Assembly (NCBI GenBank): GCA_001801495.1
Contig: MGXW01000068.1
Location: 1-39,822, forward strand
Direction of reading: 5' to 3'
Source: Gammaproteobacteria bacterium RIFCSPHIGHO2_12_FULL_37_34
GTDB taxonomy: Bacteria; Pseudomonadota; Gammaproteobacteria; DSM-16500
Length of the DNA stretch: 39,822 nt
The position numbers and the translations under genes are program-made. The stretch's first letter is position 1. Each line of letters starts with the position of its first letter. Below the pieces are notes generated by a model. The model did no database searches, was not told the origin of the DNA, and was given only the letters and a program-made list of their open reading frames with translations. Positions 28,118 through 36,441 of this stretch are shown here, one piece after another.

Positions 28118-29353
28118 CTATATCTGTTGTCCCGGACGGTGTTTTTGCATTTCGGCTGCAACCACATCCAGCATTTTATTCTTTTCCTCAACAGTTTCCA
28201 CTTTTTTAAGAGAAATTTCACCCTCTTTGATCATGCGGAATGCATCGGCTTCAACATAACCACTACCTAAAGAGGCACTCGAATGTTTTCTATCCAACAC
28301 CGATAAAACAGATTGTCTCAAAGCTTCTTTTTCTTGATCTGTGCCAGTCAATACATTTTTATACTTCATCCTAATCTGACGAACTAATTGATCTGCTATT
28401 TTGCTTTTTTCATTGCTATCTTGCATAGCCTTAGGATGCACGCTTGCTTGCAATTTCCCTTGTTGTCTCATAAATAGCAACATGTCTTGAATGCCGGCTT
28501 TACCTGATTCAGTCGCTTGATATTCCTTCATCCATTGATCTGATAATGCGCTATAAAATGCTTGATCCTTATTCAAAATCATTTCTTTTTCCCGATTGAA
28601 ATCATCTATTTTTTTCTGTTGTGTTATCACATCATTCCCTTCTAATAAAGGTGCTTGTTCATCACCTCCTGTTCGTTTTGCGCTCTCCACGCTACCGCCA
28701 AAATTCGCTTTTTGCATCATGGTTTTAATGATTTCTAATTTTCCTTCAAAAGTTGGTTGTTGATTAATGAGATCATGCAACGAAGGATTAATTTCAAAAA
28801 TACGCTTTGGAATACGAGAATAAGCTTCTGCCAGCTGCGCTAATTTTGCATCCGTTAGATCGATAGGTCGACCATCCGGGGTGGTTAGCACAAGGCCCGC
28901 AGCCTTCAAACCCTCTTTAAAATCTTTCAAAGAGCCAAGTGCTCTTTCTTTGCGATCACTTTCCCATTCTTCATATAACTTATTTTGATCCGCTGTTAAT
29001 TGAGCATATTGATTATCTAGTCGTTGCAAATTTTGCTTGAATTCTTCAATCGTTTTTATTCCTGATGCAGTCTCAAGTGTGGTACCTTTCGGTAAAGAAT
29101 CAAGATAATATCGATATTCTTCTTCTTTTTGAGCAATGGCTGCTTGCTTAAGTGCAAATGCTTCCCGTTCTCTCGTATCTTGTCGTACACAAAAAGCTAT
29201 TACACGCTGCGTATAGTCATCTAGCGCAATCTTCATTTGTAATGATGCTATCTGAGCATTAAGAAACTCTTGTCCTATTTTAGTATTAGGATTATTTAAT
29301 TGCCGCGCATAATCGGTACTTGATATCGGTGTTGATTGTTGTGTCTGTGCCAT
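28118..29353 (-). CDS. Hypothetical helical/coiled-coil protein, putative effector
   Basis: 411-aa Q/K/E-rich ORF filling the glmU-glmS gap; no recognisable motif. Confidence 0.75.
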   Translation of the reverse strand: MAQTQQSTPISSTDYARQLNNPNTKIGQEFLNAQIASLQMKIALDDYTQRVIAFCVRQDTREREAFALKQAAIAQKEEEYRYYLDSLPKGTTLETASGIKTIEEFKQNLQRLDNQYAQLTADQNKLYEEWESDRKERALGSLKDFKEGLKAAGLVLTTPDGRPIDLTDAKLAQLAEAYSRIPKRIFEINPSLHDLINQQPTFEGKLEIIKTMMQKANFGGSVESAKRTGGDEQAPLLEGNDVITQQKKIDDFNREKEMILNKDQAFYSALSDQWMKEYQATESGKAGIQDMLLFMRQQGKLQASVHPKAMQDSNEKSKIADQLVRQIRMKYKNVLTGTDQEKEALRQSVLSVLDRKHSSASLGSGYVEADAFRMIKEGEISLKKVETVEEKNKMLDVVAAEMQKHRPGQQI

Positions 29354-29435
29354 AATGTGTTCGATTCAATGTAAATTCTAATTTTAAGTGTATACCAAAA
29401 CGCATGTTTAAAATTTTTATAGTTATTTCAATAAC

Positions 29436-30794
29436 TTAATCAATCCCGTTATTCTTACTTCGTTGTTCTAATCGATGTGTCAATGTTAGCTTGTGCGCCG
29501 GAGCGTTTTTCGTTAGCGTGGACCCTGCTCCAAGCACCGCTCCTTCCCCTATGATAACTGGTGCAATAAGCTGGGTATCAGAACCAATAAAGGCATCATC
29601 GCCAATAATTGTTTTATGTTTATTCATGCCGTCATAATTACATGTAATGGTACCAGCGCCAATATTAACTCGTTTACCAATTTCACCATCCCCAATATAA
29701 CTTAAATGATTTATTTTAGATTTCTCATCAACAATACTATTTTTTAACTCCACAAAATTGCCAACATGCACTTGTGAGGCTAAAACAGTTCCTGGTCGAA
29801 TACGAGCAAAAGGGCCAATAACGCAATCGGATGCAATTTCTGCACCATCAATTATACTATTTGCTTTTACTTCCACACCTTTTCCTAAGGTAACATTGCG
29901 CAAAATAGTATGCGGCCCGATTATACAATGGTCACCAATCACTACGCGCCCTTCTAATATGACATTGACATCCAAGCACACATCTTGGCCAATCTGTACT
30001 TCACCGCGCACATCCAATCGTGCGGGATCGCAAATAGTGACACCTTGACGCATGAGTTGCTCTGCTTGTTGCCGTTGATAAAAACGCTCCAAATGCGCAA
30101 GCTGAATGCGATCATTCACACCAAGAATTTCTTCGATAGTAGCAGGTTCAATCGTGTAAACAGAAACATCTTCTTGAACAGCATAAGCTACTATATCGGT
30201 TAAGTAATATTCTTGTTGCGCATTATTGTTTTTTAATGCGGGTAACCATTTTTTTAAATAGCGCGCAGGTAAAAAATAAATACCTGGGTTAATTTCAGTA
30301 ATCAGCTGTTCTTCTTCTGTCGCATCTTTTTCTTCTATAATACCAATCACTCGACCTTTAGCATTACGTTTAATCCGTCCATAACCGGTTGGCTGATAAC
30401 TATGCGCAACTAACATGCCAAACGCAGCAGAAGGAGTGGTCGTAACAAGCTGTTTAAGTGTTTCGAGCGAAATTAAAGGAACATCTCCGTATAACACCAA
30501 TACATGATCATGATCAGAAACATGTGGAAGAGCTTGCAATAAAGCATGTGCTGTGCCTAGTTGATGTTCTTGTTCTACCCAAGTAACAAAACAATGAGAA
30601 AGCGCATCACGCAGCTGTTTGCTTTGATGGCCAACAACAACAATAGGTGGCTTGGTAGAATCCAAGTGGTGAGCAGTTTGAATAACATGTTCCAGCAAGG
30701 GTTTGCCAGCAAGATAATGCAACATTTTAGAAACGCGAGAATGCATGCGTTTACCAACGCCTGCGGCAAGAATAATTGTACTAATTGATTTCAT
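29436..30794 (-). CDS. glmU: Bifunctional UDP-GlcNAc pyrophosphorylase / glucosamine-1-P acetyltransferase
   Basis: ILAAGVGKRM, QLGTAHA, LYGDVPLI, EYYLTD, hexapeptide repeats, HLSYIGD, GAGTITCNYDG. Confidence 0.97.
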   Translation of the reverse strand: MKSISTIILAAGVGKRMHSRVSKMLHYLAGKPLLEHVIQTAHHLDSTKPPIVVVGHQSKQLRDALSHCFVTWVEQEHQLGTAHALLQALPHVSDHDHVLVLYGDVPLISLETLKQLVTTTPSAAFGMLVAHSYQPTGYGRIKRNAKGRVIGIIEEKDATEEEQLITEINPGIYFLPARYLKKWLPALKNNNAQQEYYLTDIVAYAVQEDVSVYTIEPATIEEILGVNDRIQLAHLERFYQRQQAEQLMRQGVTICDPARLDVRGEVQIGQDVCLDVNVILEGRVVIGDHCIIGPHTILRNVTLGKGVEVKANSIIDGAEIASDCVIGPFARIRPGTVLASQVHVGNFVELKNSIVDEKSKINHLSYIGDGEIGKRVNIGAGTITCNYDGMNKHKTIIGDDAFIGSDTQLIAPVIIGEGAVLGAGSTLTKNAPAHKLTLTHRLEQRSKNNGID

Positions 30795-32160
30795 GGTGTT
30801 TTACCTTTCTACTTAACCTATCCATCAACGCTATAACCGGCTTATCTTCCACAATCCCCTTATCAATAGCAAGAAAAGCTGTCTCCTCAAGTTTATCTGA
30901 AATAGCATGAATCATCATGGAATAAGTATCGATGGGCTGAACCAAGCCATGCTCATTGATCACCAAAATAGGGTCTTCGCCGCTATACGATTGATGTGGT
31001 GTCTGAATAAATAACAATTGCCAGTCAGCGTATTCCGTATACTTGCTTTTAAATTCCTGCAATTCTTGCTCACTATGCAATAAATCAAGTTGCTCAAGAC
31101 GTAAAATTTTAGGCATATTGCGTTGCGAAAGCCTTAAAGCAATTTGAACAGCAGGATGAGGATCGTGCATGATAGCAAGCTTTTTAATCAGGCTAAATAT
31201 ATCATCATCGCATAATTCTCTATAAATCGAATAATATTGTTTTAAAAAATGTTGTTTATAAGCTTCTAAATCACTTGCTTGATCAATGCCTTGATTAAAC
31301 TGATTGACAGCCATTAAGAATTGGCCTAATCGTGTATGCAATACACCTTCTAAAGAGGAATAATAAGCAATGTTTTCCGCTAATTCAGCAAGCAAGCGTA
31401 TGAGCAATACTTCTAAAGCTAGTTTTTTTTGAGCATGATAAATATTGCGGGTCATCAATCGCCTCGCCATTAAATAATGCTCAACCACTCCTATGCCTTT
31501 ATGTGTCACGCCTAAACGCTCACCCTTTTGGGATGGAACAATAGCCAAACAATGCAGCATCCAGCGAAAATCGAATTCGCCATAACGTACGCCACAAAAA
31601 TGACTATCCCTCAATAAATAATCTAAGCGATCTGCATCCAACTGTGATGAAACAATATCCGCCAGCACTCGTTTAGTGATAGGTCGATGCATAATCATAT
31701 CCGCAATGTGTTGAAATTTTTCATCGGTCAGATGATAGCGAGGATTGATTGCATTGTAGGAAGTAAAAAATTCTTTTGTACTATAATCCGCAAGAAAATA
31801 AGGGGTCCAATCTTCATGTTTAATTAATGTTCGCTGAAATATCCATTCAAATGCATGCGAAAACGGCCCATGCCCAATATCGTGTAAGAGACAAGCGATC
31901 AATACCAATTGCCGCTCTTCATCTGCTAACCCAATTTTTTGCGCAATCTGACCACCTAAATAACAACAACCTAAACAATGATTAAAGCGGCTATGCACAG
32001 CACCCGGGAAAATAAAATCGCCCAAACCAAGCTGCTTAATCTGACGCAAACGTTGAAAATTTGGGCTATCAATAAAAGGTTTTACCCATTTATCTTCAAC
32101 GGAGGTAAATTGCATGGTTCCATGGACAGGATCTTTGATTACGTGATAAATGTTGTTCAT
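30781..32160 (-). CDS. HD-domain phosphohydrolase, SAMHD1/YdhJ-like dNTP triphosphohydrolase family
   Basis: IKDPVHG, FQRLRQIKQLG, HSRFNHCLG, LLHDIGHGPFSH, LDADRLDYLLRDS, ARRLM...IYH. Confidence 0.9.
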   Translation of the reverse strand: MNNIYHVIKDPVHGTMQFTSVEDKWVKPFIDSPNFQRLRQIKQLGLGDFIFPGAVHSRFNHCLGCCYLGGQIAQKIGLADEERQLVLIACLLHDIGHGPFSHAFEWIFQRTLIKHEDWTPYFLADYSTKEFFTSYNAINPRYHLTDEKFQHIADMIMHRPITKRVLADIVSSQLDADRLDYLLRDSHFCGVRYGEFDFRWMLHCLAIVPSQKGERLGVTHKGIGVVEHYLMARRLMTRNIYHAQKKLALEVLLIRLLAELAENIAYYSSLEGVLHTRLGQFLMAVNQFNQGIDQASDLEAYKQHFLKQYYSIYRELCDDDIFSLIKKLAIMHDPHPAVQIALRLSQRNMPKILRLEQLDLLHSEQELQEFKSKYTEYADWQLLFIQTPHQSYSGEDPILVINEHGLVQPIDTYSMMIHAISDKLEETAFLAIDKGIVEDKPVIALMDRLSRKVKHHEIN

Positions 32161-32170
32161 AATAGTCCTC

Positions 32171-32743
32171 TCAAAGACTTATTCTTTCTAACACTCTATA
32201 TTTCGACCCTTCCGGTTGAGGTTCACTGCGAAATAATACCACTTCCTTCATCTCAATTGCTTCTATAATAGGTGGTTTACATTCTGTAAGAAAATTCACA
32301 TTAATCTCTGTTGGGTGTTTCATTCGGCCTAACGTTAAGTGCGCCTGAAATGGCCGATCATCAATCTCATAATGAGTGGTTAAAATACCTCGCCCAATGC
32401 GTTCTGCTAGATATGTAAGATGTTCATGAGAGGCAACTTTCAAAACAATCACCCTTGGCCGGTAAGGGCTAGGAAATAACTCTAACCCATTTAGAACAAA
32501 TTTGAATGCTTTTATATTCCCTTGAAGTTGATGGCGTACATTTTGAATTAACTGTTCAAGATGTTCGGAACGCACTTCTTTTAAAAATTGCAGGGTGATA
32601 TGCAAATTCTCTGGCATAGTCCAACGAATTGCATTTGTTTTTGATTTTTTCTTGAGTATAGTAATCAAACCAGCGAGCTTTTGTTTTATGTCTAAGGAAA
32701 GCTCAACGGCAAAAAAAATTCGGATTACAGGGGGTAATGTCAT
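32171..32743 (-). CDS. thpR: RNA 2',3'-cyclic phosphodiesterase (2H phosphoesterase, LigT family)
   Basis: RIFFAV, two HxT motifs (NLHITLQFL, FQAHLTLGR), LFRS...G..Y. Confidence 0.9.
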   Translation of the reverse strand: MTLPPVIRIFFAVELSLDIKQKLAGLITILKKKSKTNAIRWTMPENLHITLQFLKEVRSEHLEQLIQNVRHQLQGNIKAFKFVLNGLELFPSPYRPRVIVLKVASHEHLTYLAERIGRGILTTHYEIDDRPFQAHLTLGRMKHPTEINVNFLTECKPPIIEAIEMKEVVLFRSEPQPEGSKYRVLERISL

Positions 32744-32797
32744 TCCATTTCTCCTGATGTTTGATTAATATTAGAGAGGTTAATATAGGATACTACC

Positions 32798-33661
32798 ATG
32801 GTAAAAAAACGCGGCCTCGGTAAATCATTGGATGCTTTACTTGCCTACACTCATACTGATCCCTCCTCTACAACAGAAAAACCTTTAGAAAACCCAACCC
32901 AACTTCCTATCCATCAAATCCAGCGCGGAAAATATCAACCACGTCGCGAAATAGATTCACAAGCTTTAGAAGGGTTAGCACATTCCATACGCTCTCAAGG
33001 AATTTTGCAACCTCTTATTGTACGTCCCGTTGGCGACAAATATGAAATTATTGCTGGCGAAAGGCGTTGGCGAGCAGCCCAATTAGCAGAGCTAAATGAA
33101 GTGCCTGTTATTATCCGCCATGTTCCAGATGAAGCTGCAAGTGCTATCGCACTCATTGAAAATATTCAACGAGAAAATTTAAATCCTGTTGAAGAGGCCA
33201 TCGCTTTACAAAGACTCATCGATGAATTTGGTATGACACACCAACAAGTTGCTGATGCGGTTGGCAAATCAAGGGCAAGTGTAACCAATTTATTGCGTCT
33301 ACTTGCATTGCCAGAAGAAGTAAAAAGTATGCTAGACCGTCATTTGCTTGAAATGGGTCATGCGCGAACATTAATCACGTTGCCTGAGGTTGCCCAACGT
33401 GAGGCCGCAGAAATCATCATCAATCGCAAATTATCCGTTCGAGAAACTGAGAATTTAGTACGCCGTCTACAATCTCCTAAACCACAGGAGAAGGGTAAAC
33501 CACTGGATCCTGATCTTCTACATCTGCAAGAACGATTATCTCATCAATTAAAACTGCGTGTCGCCATTCATTGCAATGCCAAAGGAAAAGGAAAGCTCGT
33601 CATACATTACCGTAGTTTAGCAGAGTTAAATGGATTATTAGCACAATTTCAAAATAGTTAA
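32798..33661 (+). CDS. parB: Chromosome partitioning protein ParB/Spo0J
   Basis: KRGLGKSLDALL, YQPR, GILQP, IIAGERRWRAA, ENIQRENLN, HTH GKSRASVTNLLRLL, GKGKLVIHY. Confidence 0.96.
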   Translation: MVKKRGLGKSLDALLAYTHTDPSSTTEKPLENPTQLPIHQIQRGKYQPRREIDSQALEGLAHSIRSQGILQPLIVRPVGDKYEIIAGERRWRAAQLAELNEVPVIIRHVPDEAASAIALIENIQRENLNPVEEAIALQRLIDEFGMTHQQVADAVGKSRASVTNLLRLLALPEEVKSMLDRHLLEMGHARTLITLPEVAQREAAEIIINRKLSVRETENLVRRLQSPKPQEKGKPLDPDLLHLQERLSHQLKLRVAIHCNAKGKGKLVIHYRSLAELNGLLAQFQNS

Positions 33662-35157
33662 CTATTCCGTTCTGCGTTTCTATCTTCAGCGGCTAATCGT
33701 GTTTGCATGGCTGTTAATATCGTCGCATACCCCCACGTTAAATCTTTCGCGCTGGTTTGTTGTCCACTGGTTCTGTCAATTTGCTCTGAAAAATGATAAC
33801 AACTCGAATCCACATAACAATTCGCATATCGCTTAATAGCAAATAGGGTCTTATCGCCTTCTTCAATTAAATGATTAATAATCGCATAGAATCGGCTGGG
33901 ACTAACTGAAAATAAAATATCTTCTTCTTTATCTACAAGCTTTGGATTAATTTGTTTAAAAAAAAGAAGATTGTTATTGGTCACACTAATTTTTCCTAAT
34001 TTCAAATAAGTATTAGCTAACGTGTAATAATATTGTGCTAAAGCATTCGTAGTAATAACCCAGGGGTTCCCATAGGTAGATTGATTACCATCGTAAACAT
34101 CGTTTGGGTAACGCCCCAATAACGGTGGTTGGTTAGCATGAGAAATGTTGATGCGATAAAGACCTGTGAAAGCATTACGAATAAAATAAACCGAACTCAT
34201 GACTCGATCATCATGAACAGAAAAAGGTATATCCAAATCGTTCAGATCACCATATAACACACCAAGAATAATTGAACTATCCATGCCACCACCACGATGG
34301 TCCTGTTGATGAATGGTTTCTGCAATATAACCACGTCCTGCATGCCAATGTTTTTGTAATGATTCGGTTATATGGTTCGCGGTATTTAAATACGAATCAG
34401 CTCGTTTTTCATCACCAAAACGTCTTACTAAACTCGCACCTGATGTCAGTGCCTTTCGTTGTACCATTTTAGTGAAAAAATGATCTTGGTCACTAAGCTC
34501 TTCCCACAAATCAAACGTGTAATATCCAAAACGAGCCAGCACATAATCTAGATCTGTGGTAATAACATCAAGCAATACATCACGAACATATTTTTCTTGG
34601 CCTTCTTGAATGAAAACCTGCGCAATGTTAATCATCGCTATTGCGCGTAAAGCTGGGCCATCATTTTGTGGCCGACCCCATTGCCCCTGCCATAATGTGC
34701 CATCAATATTATATTTTGGCTCGCCTAACACTTCTCCATTTTTTGATCCCTGTTTTTGAGCTTGTCGTTCAAAATTAATGTAGTTAATCAAATAAGGTTT
34801 TAAACGTTGTCGTTCATTTGGGCTCGCCTGCGTATATAAATAAGTTACTTCTTGCATTGTAATAGCAGCATCTCGTATCCAATGAAATTGGTAATCTTGA
34901 ATAAATGATGGATAGCGACTATAAGGAGAGGCAAGCACTGCTCCAGGCATAGAGCGAATAATACGTCCATCACCTTCTTTAATAAAAACGTGTTCATCTG
35001 TTGCGATATTATTAAATAAATACCGCTTAATAATTGCTAATTCACCAGGAGAAAAAGGCTCTACAGATGCTCTATTCCATGTTTGATCAGCAAATGCAAA
35101 ACTAGTTAAGGCAAATAAAATAATAAATAAACTTTTCAAACGCCATTGATTGAGCAT
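33658..35157 (-). CDS. Secreted glucoamylase, glycoside hydrolase family 15
   Basis: Signal peptide (..SFAFA-D); WIRDAA, LGEPKYNIDG, WGRPQNDGPALRA, DLWEE, GRYPNDVYDG, GNPW, SEQIDR, DLTW. Confidence 0.94.
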   Translation of the reverse strand: MLNQWRLKSLFIILFALTSFAFADQTWNRASVEPFSPGELAIIKRYLFNNIATDEHVFIKEGDGRIIRSMPGAVLASPYSRYPSFIQDYQFHWIRDAAITMQEVTYLYTQASPNERQRLKPYLINYINFERQAQKQGSKNGEVLGEPKYNIDGTLWQGQWGRPQNDGPALRAIAMINIAQVFIQEGQEKYVRDVLLDVITTDLDYVLARFGYYTFDLWEELSDQDHFFTKMVQRKALTSGASLVRRFGDEKRADSYLNTANHITESLQKHWHAGRGYIAETIHQQDHRGGGMDSSIILGVLYGDLNDLDIPFSVHDDRVMSSVYFIRNAFTGLYRINISHANQPPLLGRYPNDVYDGNQSTYGNPWVITTNALAQYYYTLANTYLKLGKISVTNNNLLFFKQINPKLVDKEEDILFSVSPSRFYAIINHLIEEGDKTLFAIKRYANCYVDSSCYHFSEQIDRTSGQQTSAKDLTWGYATILTAMQTRLAAEDRNAERNS

Positions 35158-35197
35158 ACATCATTCCTTGTATGGTGAAATAGATAACAGGGATTAA

Positions 35198-35227
35198 AGT
35201 GTAGTAATGTGATGGATGTTATGTCAA
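35198..35227 (-). promoter_or_regulatory. Sigma70/sigmaS-type promoter for the glucoamylase gene
   Basis: Minus strand TTGACA (35227-35222), 18 bp, TACACT (35203-35198), preceded by C (CTACACT). Confidence 0.55.
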
Positions 35228-35340
35228 TTAGCTTCTTTTCTAAAATTTTATAATAAATTTCTAAATGTAGTGGGATAAATAGTAGCGGCTATAGGTTTGA
35301 AGGACGTCGCGGCCATGGATGGCAAAAAGCGCCGCATGAG

Positions 35341-36336
35341 TTATAATAGTGTTTTTGCTAATTTGCGAGGCTGCTCACACACCAATCTAGGCACCAAATA
35401 ACCAGGTAATTTGGCGCAAAGCCGAGCGTGCAGTGCCCGCGCATGAGTGAGATCAACTTCAAAATGTGCAGCGCCCTGAACTTTATCTAAAGTATGTAAA
35501 TAATAAGGCAACACACCATGCGCAAATAAAGTTTCACTTAATCGAATGAGAGTAGTTGCATCATCATTCACACCTTTTAATAATACGGATTGATTTAATA
35601 ATGTGAGATGGCATTGACGCAAGCGTTGCAAAGCTTGAATCACTTCAGCGTTTATTTCATTAGGATGGTTAACATGAAAAACGATCACTACTTGAAGTGG
35701 CAGTTGCATAAGCCATTTTAGAAATTCATCTGTCACACGTTCCGGTAATACAATTAATAATCTCGTATGGATACGCAAACGTGTTACTTGAGGAATCAAT
35801 ATCAATTCATCGGTAAATGTTTTTAATAGTTGATCGCTCACTGAAAGTGGGTCGCCCCCACTCAAAATAACCTCATTAATATTCGGATCTCCTCGAATAT
35901 AATCAAATATTTTTTGCCAACCCTCTCTCCCTGGATTATTTTTCTCGTAAGGAAAATGTCGACGAAAACAATAACGACAGTGCACCCCACAAGCACTCGT
36001 TAATGTCACAAGAATGCGTCCGTGATATTTGTGTAATAATCCAGGCAGTGGATTTACTGCATTTTCTAACAAAGGATCGTGGCCATATCCAAGCACATGA
36101 TCTAATTCTTCATGAAGCGGCAACACTTGCCTTAACAAGGGATCCTGTGGATTGCCCTTTTGCATACGCGCAACAAAACTGCGTGGCACTTTTAAGGGGA
36201 AGCGCTGAATAATAGCGTAAGCTTTATCCAATAATAGCGGATCCAAATCCAGTAAAGCCCATAATTCCTTAGGATCCGTAATAACGTTAGATAAAGCTTC
36301 TTGCCATGGTTTTTTAATTTCTAAATAAGGAAGCAT
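35341..36336 (-). CDS. epmB: EF-P beta-lysylation protein EpmB (KamA-family radical SAM)
   Basis: DPLLRQVLP, GLLHKY, CGVHCRYCFRRHFPY, EVILSGGDPL, RIHTR, NQSVLLKGVND, PYYLH, PGYLVPRLV. Confidence 0.94.
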   Translation of the reverse strand: MLPYLEIKKPWQEALSNVITDPKELWALLDLDPLLLDKAYAIIQRFPLKVPRSFVARMQKGNPQDPLLRQVLPLHEELDHVLGYGHDPLLENAVNPLPGLLHKYHGRILVTLTSACGVHCRYCFRRHFPYEKNNPGREGWQKIFDYIRGDPNINEVILSGGDPLSVSDQLLKTFTDELILIPQVTRLRIHTRLLIVLPERVTDEFLKWLMQLPLQVVIVFHVNHPNEINAEVIQALQRLRQCHLTLLNQSVLLKGVNDDATTLIRLSETLFAHGVLPYYLHTLDKVQGAAHFEVDLTHARALHARLCAKLPGYLVPRLVCEQPRKLAKTLL

Positions 36337-36441
36337 ACGGATGTGATTGGATATCTCTTTGATTCATTTAATAATAATCTTCGAATATCAAAAGATTGAT
36401 ATAATATCATAATAATCAATCAAACAGGAAAGGAGTTCCCC

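Noticed and set aside
28087-28221. 45-aa N-terminal extension of GlmS in the ORF track
   Set aside because: GlmS needs Cys at position 2 (MCGIVG at 28086); the extension overlaps the upstream gene.
495-36212. Numerous 60-137 aa ORFs antisense to or overlapping recognised genes (e.g. 495-776, 4229-4588, 14739-15023, 17244-17657, 29758-30048, 31978-32268)
   Set aside because: All lie within well-supported genes, have no recognisable motifs, and are typical shadow ORFs.
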